Origin: Elsinoe ampelina
Lineage: Eukaryota
DNA length: 20,000 nucleotides
Assembly: GCA_010093995.1 (NCBI GenBank)
Contig: ML992528.1
Location: forward strand, 54,464 to 74,463
Reading direction: 5' to 3'
Of the stretch, positions 1 to 11,277 are shown piece after piece. Below the pieces are notes generated by a model. The model had not been told where the DNA came from, did no database searches, and was given only the letters and a program-made list of their open reading frames with translations. Positions within the stretch are counted from its first letter, which is position 1. Each line of letters opens with the position of its first letter. The translations under genes were made by a program, and so were the position numbers.

Positions 1-584
1 CGTTCGTGTTGTATGAGCTGGCGAGGCAGCCGGAGCTAGTGAGAAGGTTGCGGGAAGAGTTGGCTGAGTTGTTCCCTGGAAACCTGGAGAAGCCGGATGA
101 TTTCGAAATACTGAGGGATCAGGCGCATCTGTTGAATGCGTGTATCAATGAGGCTTTGAGATTGTGGGCGCCCGTGCCGTCAGGGTTGCAGAGAACTACC
201 ACAACCCGGATGACTTTGCCTTCTGGCAGGGAAACGATCGTGGTGCCTGCTGATACGGTGGTCTCGACGCATACATTGACAATGCACCTCGATGAGCGCA
301 ACTTCTCTAATCCGGAGCTGTACTTGCCAGACCGCTGGATCGAGCCAGAAAAGCAGCAGACGCACAATCCGAGAGCTTTGAGTCCGTTTGGGTATGGTGT
401 CACGGGGTGTATCGGGAAGAATTTGGCCTTCATGGAGATGCGATTGGTATTGGCGCAATTTGTGGCGAGGTTTGATATCGAGGTCGAAGAGGCAGATGCT
501 AGGGCATTCGAGGCGAGCGTGAGGGACCAATTCGTTGTCGCCACTGGACCATTGCGGATGTCGATTAAGCCGCGGAAGAGCTGA
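1..584 (+). CDS. Cytochrome P450, C-terminal part (5' truncated by the window edge)
   Basis: End of the I-helix (LYELARQPE), K-helix ExxR (NEALRLW), meander motif (PELYLPDRW) and heme-ligand motif PFGYGVTGCIG; stop TGA at 582-584. Confidence 0.95.
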   Translation, partial: FVLYELARQPELVRRLREELAELFPGNLEKPDDFEILRDQAHLLNACINEALRLWAPVPSGLQRTTTTRMTLPSGRETIVVPADTVVSTHTLTMHLDERNFSNPELYLPDRWIEPEKQQTHNPRALSPFGYGVTGCIGKNLAFMEMRLVLAQFVARFDIEVEEADARAFEASVRDQFVVATGPLRMSIKPRKS

Positions 585-1108
585 GGTGAATCGTGTCGAT
601 CGAACTATATCAGGCTCTATAAGTGGATTTGCCGCAGTTGGTCGATAAATCGTATTAGAAAATCCCCGGTCGAGAATGCTATTAGCTGACTGTTTACTGT
701 AGTATATACCTTCCCGTTTCTGCTTCGTCTCTACAATCAATACATCTCACATGCTGTAGCGAACAAAGGAAACAAATTTTACTGTCTTTCATTGTCGGCT
801 GCTTCTCAAGCGCAGGTCGCTGCTATCATGGGTATGCTGTCTAAATATGCTTTCACTCATCCTATCATGTCATGCTAATCTTCCTGATGGTCCTTCTTCC
901 AGAGTCTCGGTGTGGCTGCCGGCTCGGTCTTCGAAATCATGGTGATGTGTCCGCTTCATTGGATATCCCCGAGCTGGAGTTCCAGGGGTGCTGTCATCAT
1001 ACATCGTGCGTTCGTTTGTGAATCGTCGAGCGAGACTCGGAAGCACAATCGAAACGAGTCTCCTCAGTCGGCAGTCGGATCGACGTAACTTTCTTTTGTT
1101 AGTCGTGC

Positions 1109-2752
1109 TCAATCATCTCCATTACGAGGCTTGTACATGATGGTTGTGAGGAACTGCGGGTTGTCAATAGCAGTCCTTTCAGTTCGAGAATACATAAAAC
1201 TTACCCTGGTCTTGTATCTTGTCGTGGCACTCGTGGCAAGGACGCCATGCTTGATATTCGTGGTGGCCAAGTGGTTGAGTACTGTGTGATTGGGTTGAGC
1301 CAAGACACTTGCATCATCTTTGAGGGGAGTCTGAGCATTAAGAACAGACTTGTTGAGAAAGAGAGGAAGAGAAGGAGGAGTAGGCTGAGAATCGGCTGCT
1401 GCTTTTGCGCGGTCCAGGTTGCGATCCTTGATTGAGTCCGGACTCGAGTCTGGTGTCTCCGACGGCCAGTGATCGAGGTCGAGAAGGTATTGCGGGATGT
1501 CGTTGGTATACTGCTTAGGTGAGGACTTGCGGACTGGTGGGGTCTTTGTTGGACGAGGAGATGCCCTGTTTGGGGTTTGTGATGGTGAAGGCGTGGCAAC
1601 TTGCTTTGGAGCTGGTGATGATGTCTTGACTGGGGACGCTGCTTCTGTCGTTTGCTTTGGACGGATGTCCATTGGTTTCGACGGAGCAGGTACTGCCACA
1701 GGCTTGGGCTGATGCCTTGCGACATCCTCGACGCTGACCTCGATATAGTTGACAAGAATGTTACCATAGTCAACAGTGGTGGGCATATCGTGTGACGTCT
1801 GCATGTCGTTGTTGATGAGGAATTTGATGTGATAAATGCCAGGCCTCAGCTGGAGGGTAAGGGACACGATATATGGTTCTCCAGGCCTATTATTGCTGCT
1901 GATCTGGTCAGTCTTGTTTGTACCTGCTGCCCATGCGACCTACCTTGGGTGAAGACGGAACTTCTTATTCCAGTTTGCGAAGCTGCCAGTAACGTAGACC
2001 TTATCTCCCGGTTTGGCTCTCTTCCATTCCACTGTATATGGTGCTGTCGGTGCATTTGGATCTGGCTCTTCAAACTCGTATTCTTCGTCATCGTCCTCCT
2101 CATCTTGATTGCTGCTGACCACACTCGTTCTACGATTCACCAGCACTTCCGACTCGTTGTCGATGCCGTCCACGCGGGGTACATCAGGAACCTCAGTAGT
2201 TGGTGAGAGAATCGGAGAGCCGGGGGTGTAGTTCTCGTCGTCGATCGGGAGCGGTAGACGAGGCGGACGACTGTAGCTAGCGGACGGTAGATTGTACGCA
2301 TCGCTTAAAGGAGCAGTGGGATCGAGGGGTGAGGGCTCAAAGACTGGTTCGGAATCATCGACTGGTTCGGTTGGTTTCTCTGCTGGTGATGCGGTCTGTA
2401 TGTCTGCTGGCTTCTCTCGTTGGGCGCTTGACCTTGAAGCTGTGCGCTTCGGCTTGGATGAGTCGTTACCCATGGCCTTTTCGAGCTGGTCTTGTGGCTT
2501 CAGGTGAGGTGTCGCGACTGTTGCGCTACGATTCCTGGAATGTGAGGGTCTCGATTGAGTGGGTGAATTTGCTTGTACGCCCGTCGCGCTTTCTAGACTG
2601 GCAGACGGAGGTGCCGGTGTCGCCTTGGGAGTAGTTGTAGGCAGAGCATGAACACTTTCACGTCTTTTTGGTTCACGCCTGACTGGTAGGTCGTTTGACT
2701 TTTGATGCCCCGCTGGTGCTTGCTTCTGCGACGTTGAGGGGCTGTTGCCCAT
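1109..2752 (-). CDS. GAL83: SNF1/AMPK kinase complex beta subunit (Gal83/Sip2 family), 3 exons: 2752-1944, ~1895-1205, 1153-1109
   Basis: Start MGNSPS (myristoylation-type G2/S6) at 2752. Glycogen-binding CBM48-like domain (VEWKRAKPGDKVYVTGSFANWNKK...LRPGIYHIKFLIN...GNILVNYIEV). C-terminal ASC domain (PPSLPLFL...DDASVLAQPNHTVLNHLATTNIKHGVLATSATTRYKTR/FLTTIMYKP). Intron 1 starts GTAGGT at 1943 with a CTGAC branch and ambiguous acceptor (1899, 1896 or 1887). Intron 2 is 1204-1154 (GTAAGT..TTGAC..CAG). Confidence 0.95.
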
Positions 2753-3056
2753 TTTGACTCGCAATGAGACCCGCGCCAATCGCTTTCAGCGTCTTGCTAG
2801 CTTTGTGTCACCATCAAGAAAAAAACGGGTGTTCGGCATTCCAGCGCCGCAGCAGTCGAGGGTTGATTGGACAAAGTTGACTGCCTGGCGCAAACTTGAC
2901 ACGGCTCACATGAGGGGTGAGAGTGCCAAGACCGACGACGACCTTCGGATCGACACGCTATCGACACGAACTACAGCATCTCACACAACTACAGTGGCAA
3001 CAGAAGTTTGAATCCTGAGCACGATGTAGGAACGTCTAGTCCGCTCGGCTTCGAAT

Positions 3057-3708
3057 ATGAATCAATATCTGGCACTAACGATCACGATTCTGTACTGGCT
3101 TCTTTTCCCCGTCTACTGGATTGTTTACTATATCATACTGGCACTATTCGCTATAATCTTGTTCTTCGTGCATCCGATCTATTCTGTCATCCTTTTCTTG
3201 CTTCAGCCGGTCATCTTTGTTGGTGTATTCATCTCCCAACTGGCGTATTTGCCCATTGATATATTCAAGCGATTCGAGGTAGGTCGTGGCAAAGTTCGAG
3301 TCAGATCATGGCTGATCATTCCAGACACTCTACATCTACCTTGGCGTCGGTGGTCTCGTGGGTCTGACCACGGGGCTATTCCTACATGGTCTCTTCAATT
3401 TCCTCGCAGGGACCCTGGGTCTGAAGCCTACGAAACCAATCAAAGGACCCACGGCAAGAGAACATCGAGAAGCACGCCGGAAAAAGGTTGAGAAGTCGGA
3501 GCCGAGCTCGACAGTACAGCCATTCCCACCAGCAGAGCCGATTATTCAGCGACCAGATACCAGATATGAGCCGGAAAAACCAGTGAAGCAGGACCGCATG
3601 CGACTATCTGCGCTGCCTAAACTCACTCTGCAGGGTCCGTCACCAGAAGGGAAGCGGTCACTATATGACCAAACCATGGACGAGGATGCAGATTCTGATA
3701 TTTTGTGA
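3057..3708 (+). CDS. Hypothetical membrane protein, 2 exons (3057-3278, 3325-3708), ~201 aa
   Basis: A 46-nt intron 3279-3324 (GTAGGT..GCTGAT..CAG) joins the two ORF-track fragments in frame as ...IFKRFE/TLYIYLGVGGLVGLTTG.... The N-terminal half is strongly hydrophobic (several TM-like segments) and the tail is charged. Divergent from GAL83. Confidence 0.8.
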
Positions 3709-3821
3709 TCATAATTCATACGAGGCAACCACCATCATGCGTTATAAGCAATGTCCTGGACATGATAACAAGGTCCTTCTTACCCCAACGCCACGCTAAA
3801 ATTCAAAGGGTTCTCCAGTAT

Positions 3822-4829
3822 TTACAACCTGATGCGCTTCCGATCCCCATCCTTGTCGCCTGATCTTTGCCTCTTCTTTTCCTGTTCTTCCTTGTCACGA
3901 AGCATGACCCTCTCTAGCTCACTCATCTTCTTGGGCTGATCCACTACAGCCACCTTCTTCTGCTTGAGAGGGTTGGACCTTGAAGAGAACACATTGACCG
4001 GCTTCGACTTTTGAGCTGCGCCTCCAAAGCTGATTGACATGGGCTTCGATTCCTCTGTCGTGGTCGGTCCGTTGGTATCCTTGGCTGCCGTCCTAGGCGA
4101 TGCATCCTCTTTACTTCTAGGCTGTCCAGCTGTCTCAATCTCCGTTGCTGGTTTGGACTTGGGCTCGTCGTCTTTCGAGCCATTTCCGAGTTTCGGGGCC
4201 GTAAGACTGAAGCTGATCGGTCCATCGTCCTTGCGCTCAAACGTCGACTCGGTCGGTTCGATGCCACCGTCTCCCTTTTTCTGCTCCTGCGCCCTCTTGA
4301 TCTGCGCCTCTAGCATCCTAGTTTGCCGTTCCTCGTCGCCCTTCTCCATTCGATCTTTCCGCAAAACTGCCTCGCGTCTCCTTAACGCTTCCGGACTGTC
4401 ATCCACCCACGCAATTTCCAGACCGCGCTCCCCCTCTTCAACACGGCATATACCCTCCCTACCCAGGTATTTGACAAACTCGGTCAAGCTTGGCCATCGC
4501 GTTGCATTCATGTGTATGTGACTTTTCTCAGCGATGTATTCCTGGTAGAAGTGGTTTGCGTGTACTTTTTTCTCCCCATGAGCCGTTCGTAATAAGCGGA
4601 GGAAGTCCTTCTTGAACTGATCCGAGTAGTTGCTGATGAATTTGCGACTGTTCTCGCCAACGACCTGCATATTTCGATTATGTGCCTCTGACAGACAGTG
4701 CTGCTTGAATCCGTTTTCGTCTCGCATTTGTCGTTCGCAAACCTGGCAGTACCATCGCAGGCGCTGCAATCCCTTTTGTTTCATATTGTTGGAGAGCCAT
4801 TTTGTACTGCCTACCTCTGCTTTAGGCAT
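3822..4829 (-). CDS. RTS2: KIN17/Rts2 zinc-finger DNA/RNA-binding protein, 335 aa, single exon
   Basis: Typical start MPKAEVGSTKWLSN..KGLQRLRWYCQVCERQMRDENGFKQHCLSEAH (C2H2 finger), then the KIN17 winged-helix region (NHFYQEYIAEKSHIHMNATRWPSLTEFVKYLGREG). The real ATG is at 4829, not the upstream start in the ORF track. Confidence 0.95.
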   Translation of the reverse strand: MPKAEVGSTKWLSNNMKQKGLQRLRWYCQVCERQMRDENGFKQHCLSEAHNRNMQVVGENSRKFISNYSDQFKKDFLRLLRTAHGEKKVHANHFYQEYIAEKSHIHMNATRWPSLTEFVKYLGREGICRVEEGERGLEIAWVDDSPEALRRREAVLRKDRMEKGDEERQTRMLEAQIKRAQEQKKGDGGIEPTESTFERKDDGPISFSLTAPKLGNGSKDDEPKSKPATEIETAGQPRSKEDASPRTAAKDTNGPTTTEESKPMSISFGGAAQKSKPVNVFSSRSNPLKQKKVAVVDQPKKMSELERVMLRDKEEQEKKRQRSGDKDGDRKRIRL

Positions 4830-5055
4830 ATTGACCGTGAAATCACAAAAGATTACTTGTGAGAACAGACGTCTGATTTGGCCGGGAAAAGTGAAGTTGT
4901 CGATAAGTGCTCCGCCCGCCTGGGACTGCCGTTTTAGGAAGTCGAGAATGCTTATGTAATCGCACTTGCGGAGGCTTTCGCAAAATCTACCTCCACTACC
5001 GTCACTGGAGAATTGATCACGGATAGCACAACTGACGTCTTGACAATCACTCAAG

Positions 5056-5339
5056 ATGCCTGTGAGTACACCATACAAGACGGACGATGCGATGAACTCA
5101 TCATGTTTGTCCCCGCGACTGCCCGACTGACACCCTCGATAGTCCCACAAGTCATTCCGCACCAAGCAGAAGCTGGCAAAGGCCCAGAAGCAGAACCGTC
5201 CTATCCCACAATGGATCCGCCTTAGGACTGGCAACACCGTACGATCAACGATGAGCGAAACTGCGATGCCTGCTAATCAAAACAGATCCGCTACAACGCG
5301 AAGCGAAGGCACTGGAGGAAGACTCGCATCGGCATCTAG
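5056..5339 (+). CDS. RPL39: 60S ribosomal protein L39 (eL39), 3 exons: 5056-5061, 5143-5238, 5286-5339; 51 aa
   Basis: Spliced translation [51 protein letters not shown]. Introns 5062-5142 (GTGAGT..CTGAC..TAG) and 5239-5285 (GTACGA..CTAAT..CAG). Absent from the ORF track. Confidence 0.98.
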
Positions 5340-5588
5340 ACAACTCGACCCGGCGCACCATTTTCTTTTGCGACTGCGATACACCGACTGCAAATACAGC
5401 GATCACAACCGATCACCTTGCTCGGATGATGAAGGATGTGGAACGGTGGGCAAGCTGAACTTCCGGATGGGCAAAGACTCCCGATGGAGAAGAGCATGGC
5501 ATGATCACAAGGCGTTCGAAAATGGAATGAATCTTTGATCAACATGTCTATTTCTTGGGTATCGTGCGAGTCTGCCAGGTCTATGAGT

Positions 5589-6580
5589 CTATGCAGGCAT
5601 TTCTGTGTCCCTCGTGCGTTGTTTCAGCCCAAACCTTGGAGGGTATTCTGTGTCGACCACCAACAGCCTTTCCTCTGCTCTTCCAAGCATGTCCCAGATC
5701 TTCAACTCGCCGTCTTTGATACCCATGACGCAGCTGGTGCCTGCGAACCCAACAACGCTCTCTCCCTGCTCGTCAATCCCCCTCGTCACACCATCCACCT
5801 TCCCCGGCTCAATCCCACACCTATTCGCAAAGACAACCACCACCTCCTCCCTTCCCATCTTCTCCAGCACCGGCTTGAACCTCGCCACCCAGTAATTCAG
5901 CGTATCAGAATCCGGCGCATTTGGATTCGCCAACAGATCCCCCGGCATCATACTCGTCAACCAAGCCGTGCTCAGTACTACCAGTCCCGCTTCATTCTCC
6001 ACACAATGCGTCGCAAACTCGTACTTCTCCCACTCGGTCTGAAATTTGTACGGATTGATATCCATGCAAATCCCCATCGCCACTTTTGAGAATTCCCCCC
6101 ACCCCTCGATCTCAGTGGATAAGAACCCCTGCCCTTCCTCCGCCCACGTCTCGTCCGTGTAGTAGAGAAACGACTTGCGGTAATGCGCCACCACTTCTCC
6201 TGCGGGCGACACCGTGACGAGGGAATTGTAGTTCTTCCCCTCCTCCCCAGACCGTGTGGAGCGCTCAGGGTAGCCTACGCATACGTGGCATTGTAGTCTT
6301 TGCGCTGTGCGGATGGCCCATTCCGTTGATGGTCCGGATGAAGTGGGTTCGAGGAAAGGAAGAATAGAGGAGAGATCGGGGAAGGAGTAGCCTACCTTTT
6401 GGATCAGGATGGAGTGGGCAAGGTGATGGTAGGGCACCTACCGGTGAAGGCCATCTCCGGGAGCACGAGGAGGTCTAGAGACGGGAGGTTGGTGGTGGTG
6501 GCGAGGAGGGCATCGGCGCGGGCGATGTTTTGGTCGCGTTCGCCTAGTTTGGGGGCGAATTGGAGGGTGGCTATCTTCAT
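5589..6580 (-). CDS. NTA1: Protein N-terminal Asn/Gln amidase (Nta1-like; carbon-nitrogen hydrolase/nitrilase fold), 2 exons (6580-6442, 6391-5589), 313 aa
   Basis: Exon 1 MKIATLQFAPKLGE...LDLLVLPEMAFT is joined through a 50-nt intron (6441-6392, GTAGGT..CTGAT..TAG) to GYSFP. The Glu-Lys-Cys triad lies in LPEMAFTGY, HYRKSFLYYTDETWA and MGICMDINPYKF. Confidence 0.92.
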
Positions 6581-6933
6581 GTTTGCAGGGGGAATATATC
6601 TGTGGTCAGTCTGAATCAGATTTGTGCAATCGCTGCGTTTATAATGTTAGTCCATTGATAGACATACACAATTTGAGGTATACGCAAATGTTCATGGTGC
6701 GAGTGGTGATGGCAAGCAGAGTTGCTGGCCTCGCTTGAAAGCGGAAGCAGCTTCGGAGTGACGACATGCTCTCAAATGTTTGCAGCACTTCCACCAACCT
6801 AGTCCGATACCTCATCACTCGCCAATTCCTCCACCACACACGGCATAGCTTTCAGGAATGGTTGGGTTCCAGCGCTATCTAATGGCACCATGAAAGTCAC
6901 AAGCGACAGATCTGGAGGAGTAATTGCACAAGC

Positions 6934-9710
6934 ATGTCAGGCAAGAGGCTGCTTGATGCAGCTCGATTCTATGGAGCTCTCCGAACGGTAGCAAAAACGC
7001 ATTTCGCAATTCGCTCGCGGCAATTGGACACGTTCTCGAAGACGTCGAGTCTTGCAAAAGCAGTGAAGAGTCAGACAGATCGTGTAACTGTCACGGCTGG
7101 AGCTGCATATGCTTTGGCAAGGAGATTGAGCGAGAATGCGCCTGCGTACTCCACGAATGGTGCGCCCACTGGCTACAGTACAGGCGCATCGATACCGCGG
7201 CAAGATGCAGGTCATACTGGTTCCCCCGCGACATCAAGCGCAGTTGGGTTGGAGCAAGACCACCACTACAAACGATCTGAGGGCAATGCTGTGCAAGAGG
7301 AGGCTCCGACGGAGAGTATTGAGGTGACTCAGGAGAAGGCACAACGATACCCTCTGCCAGATGGTACTATACCGCCTGAAGGCGCGCCGGTGGAAGGGGT
7401 GCCCTCTCCTGGTCAGGACACACTGAATGAGCGTGTCAGGGAAGCACCCCAAGATCCGCTCCAGCATGATGGCAATCACCCCGGACTGGACATTGGACAG
7501 AAAGAGGCCGAGCGCGATGCCCTCACTGATGGCAGCATACCACCCAAGGATGCTCCCATCGGCAAAGGACCCGAGGTCGGTGGGGAGGATACTTTTGCGG
7601 ACAGACCTGATCCTGAACCCCAAAAGCAACCTCTTACGCAGCAGCATGAATCCGAATCTCAATTGGAGCCTCGAGGATCTGGTCAGTCTACTATCCCTGA
7701 TCCTTCACTGGCAGCTAGGAAAGCACAACAGCTGTCAGAGATGCAAATACCATCTGAATCTGCCAACGAACAATCGGGGAGCACTAGCGCAGACACATTT
7801 GCGGAGCGGCCCCGGACGACTGCGACCACTCTATCATCCTTACCTCGATCGAAGATTCCGAAGCATGCAGAAACGAGTGAGGGTACTGAGAGCATCGGGG
7901 GACAAAGCATCAATCAGGATGTGTACTACACACCATCGCCGGATAGCAGGCGTGACTCTATGCTGGACAAGGATATTCCTGACGGCGTAGATGTCAATGT
8001 GTTTCATAGTCCGCAAGTAGCATCCCTGATCAACAGCGGAGGTCGAGACGACAGGAGGAAGGCTTATGAAGCGAAGGTGAAAGCTGCAAAGGAGAAATCT
8101 GGTGCAAAAACGGTCCAGTCTGAATCTGTCGCCAACCGAGGACCTCTTTGGGGCGAAGGCGATGTTGTGCGGGACGAGTCAGATCGAGTGATCAATCCCA
8201 TCAGACCGCAAGACGATGAGGCGAAGGATACTCGGGATCTTGCAAAGTCTATCGCAGAGGAGGCCAAGCAGCAAGAGGTGAGCATGTTATACATGATCGA
8301 CTCATGGAGCTGATACTGACAGTATAGTGATAGACGCAAGAAGCCATAGCCACAGAGGAGCCAATCTCGAGGCACCAATTGCATGAATCAAGAGTGCCAT
8401 CTTCTCGACTTGGCCGAATCTGGCAGTTTGCTGGACTTGGGACAAGTATGGCCCTGGGCGCTGTCGGAGAGACCTTCCGGCGGGCCACTGGTAGCGGTAC
8501 TGATGGGTCTATCATGCTCAGCGAAGCCAATATGGAACGTCTTGTCAGCAAGCTCTCCCGCATGAGGGGTGCAGCGCTTAAACTGGGACAAATGATGAGC
8601 TTTCAGGACTCCAAGCTACTTCCACCCGCCATCAATGCTGTCCTACAACGAGTTCAGGACAGCGCCGACTATATGCCACCATCGCAACGCAACAAAGTGC
8701 TCGCCAGCAATCTTGGAGACAATTGGAAGGACCTCTTCTCGTCATTCGATGATGTGCCGATCGCCGCTGCGTCAATCGGGCAAGTTCACAAGGCTGTGCT
8801 TGAATCCAATGGACAGACAGTCGCTGTCAAGGTGCAATATCCCGGCGTGCGAGACTCCATCACTTCCGATCTGAACAACCTCTCGCTTCTACTGACTGCA
8901 TCGCGACTCTTGCCGAAAGGTCTTTACCTTGACAAGACCATTGCGAATGCAAAGACGGAACTGGCATGGGAATGCGACTATGAACGGGAGGCAGCTTGCG
9001 GTCAGCGATTCGCTCAGCTTTGTCGGGACGAGGGGGACGTCTTCACGGTGCCGACAGTCTATACCAAAGCAAGTGGAGGGGAAGTTCTCACGGCACAATT
9101 CATGCACGGCACAGGAGTCACCAAGATCAAGGACCTGAAACAGTCAGAGAGAGACTGGATAGGAACCCAGATTCTCCGACTATGCCTGCGAGAGCTGATG
9201 GAGTGGCGATTCATGCAGACTGATCCGAATTGGACGAATTTCCTCTACAACAGGAAGAGTAAGAAATTGGAGCTGCTTGACTTTGGTGCCAGCAGGGAGT
9301 ACCCAGAGCATTTCGTCAGACCATATGTTGAGCTGCTCATCGCTGCCAGCAAGAAGGACAGAGACGTCTGTCGAGAGAAGAGTATCGAGCTTGGCTACCT
9401 GACTGGGCATGAGAGTAAAGCCATGTTGAATGCTCACGTCGACAGCATCTTGACACTTGCCGAACCCTTCATGGAAGACGCGAACCTCGAAGATGGGATG
9501 TATGACTTCCAGGACCAAACCATCACAGACAGAGTGAGGTCAAAGATTGGTCTGATGGTGAGGGAGAGGCTGGCGCCACCTCCGGAAGAGACGTACAGTC
9601 TGCACAGAAAGTTGAGCGGCGCCTTCCTGCTTTGCGCTAGGCTTGGCAGCAAGGTCAAGACGAGGGACATGTTCGAGAAGGCGGTGGGCAAGTGGAACGC
9701 TGCGAACTGA
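6934..9710 (+). CDS. COQ8: Mitochondrial atypical kinase Coq8/Abc1 (UbiB family), 2 exons (6934-8277, 8334-9710), ~906 aa
   Basis: Basic presequence-like start, long low-complexity linker, then ESRVPSSRLGR, KxGQ (GAALKLGQ), A-rich loop (IAAASIGQVH), VAVKVQYPG, QTDPNWTN, LLDFGASR and PPPEETYSLHRKLSG. A 56-nt intron 8278-8333 (GTGAGC..CTGAC..TAG) joins the two ORFs in frame. Confidence 0.95.
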
Positions 9711-10117
9711 TCAGATACTCCTCTCAATGTACATTTTCACCTCACGTCGCTACGGCGACTCGCTTCGCCACGTCCGGATATGAGCGGTGCACAGATTGAC
9801 CGTCGCTGAGACACGCTCGTGATGCGCCATGATAGCCCCCCACTCGAAGGCAGATCGACTCCGCTAGAACATGCTAAGATGATCTTCTCAGGAACGGGAA
9901 TGCTTGACTGGCGAAGGAGCCCTCCTGGAGGTTATCGTGATCCCCCGCCTCCTGCCTGATTCAGTCAGCGCGGACTCTGGGCATGGCTTGGCGGGGCAAC
10001 TCAGCGACGACACTGGATGCGATAGCACTCGCAGATCCCCGAGCGACGCATGCAGGATGCATTGGCGGGTATTCAAATACTGCTCCGTCGCCATGATGAT
10101 GGGAACGTATCGCCAAA

Positions 10118-11277
10118 ATGCACTACTCCGCTGTTCTTTCGCTGCTCGCGTGCTCCTCCTTCGTTGCGGCTCTGCCCCAGGACAACGCCGCCAGACTCGC
10201 CGCCGGACTGCGGCTGATCAAGACTTCGGAAGAAGATCCAGGGCAATGGATCTCCGAAGAGGACAAAATCACTCGTTATGTCGCGAAGAATATCGGGTTT
10301 ATTGACATTACCGATATCACGGATAATGAGGTGCTCTCCCGCATGTCCACCAAGCCAAGCGAAGCCCGCCAGATCGCGGCCGTGACTTACCCCTCGGCGG
10401 TGTCGAGGCAGTCGGTCGCCAACCCTTTGATTGCCAATGTTGGTACAACCAATCCCCAGGCGTGGTTGAAGACTTTGACGGATTACTACAATCGCTACTA
10501 CCGCTCCACTTACGGCACCCAGGCCGCTACCTGGGTCTTCAACACGGTCAAGTCGGTGGCGGCGGCGAACTCTCGGATTGTGGTCAGCCAGTTCACGCAT
10601 TCGTTCAATCAGCCGTCTGTCATTGCTAGGATCCCTGGTACGTCCGCGAACGTTGTCGTCGTCTCTGCTCATTTCGACTCCACTGGTGGGTCCGCTACTG
10701 CTCGCGGTCCGGGTGCCGACGACAATGGGTCTGGAGTGGTGGTCATCTTGGAGGCTCTTAGGGTACTGGCCAATGCAGGGTACGCGCCGAAGAACACGCT
10801 GGAGTTCCATTTCTATGCTGGTGAGGAAGGTGGACTTCTCGGTTCAGGGGCGGTTTTCTCCAACTACAAGGCTACTGGGAAGAACGTTCTTGCGGTCGTC
10901 AACCAGGATATGGCCGGATACAGTCCCAGTAAGAAGCTGAGCATCTACAGCGACTATTCTGATGCAGGGCTCAACGCCTATGTGAAGAAGGTCGCTGTCG
11001 CTTATGGAGGCGGAAGTTACACGACAGATGTATGCTCCTACGGCTGCAGCGACCACGCCAGTGCCTATAACCAGGGATTTCCAGCTGCGTATGTGTGTGA
11101 CGAGGTAATACGGACGAGCTCGCCGTACATACACTCGCCACAAGACACGTTTTCGACCGTGGACTTCGCCACCGTTCTCAGACACGCAAAGGTACGACCC
11201 ACGGGATCGATTTGCTGAATGCAGCTGACTTGACACAGTTCACCGTTGGCTTTTTGGTTGAGGCTTCCTACATCTAA
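10118..11277 (+). CDS. Secreted leucine aminopeptidase, peptidase family M28 (Lap1-like), 2 exons (10118-11191, 11239-11277), 370 aa
   Basis: Signal peptide MHYSAVLSLLACSSFVAA and a propeptide (RLIKTSEEDPGQWISEEDK..GFIDITD). Zinc-site motifs SAHFDS, GADDNGSG, AGEEGGLLGS, NQDMAGY and CSYGCSDHAS. Intron 11192-11238 (GTACGA..CTGAC..CAG) gives the ending RHAK/FTVGFLVEASYI*. Confidence 0.95.

Noticed and set aside
384..416. P450 heme motif lacking the usual Arg (FGYGVTGCIG)
   Set aside because: Substitution at this position is common in fungal CYPs, and the axial Cys is intact.
870..1112. 80-aa ORF overlapping the GAL83 stop codon
   Set aside because: TTG start, lies in the probable 3' UTR, and has no motif or splice support.
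4830..5237. 136-aa N-terminal extension of KIN17 in the ORF track
   Set aside because: It has a non-ATG start and overlaps RPL39 antisense. The family-typical start MPKAE is at 4829.
5013..5538. ORFs 5013-5225 and 5251-5538
   Set aside because: They are off-frame readings across RPL39 exons, introns and the 3' UTR.
10073..10810. 245-aa antisense ORF
   Set aside because: Shadow of the GC3-biased aminopeptidase gene with no recognisable motifs.
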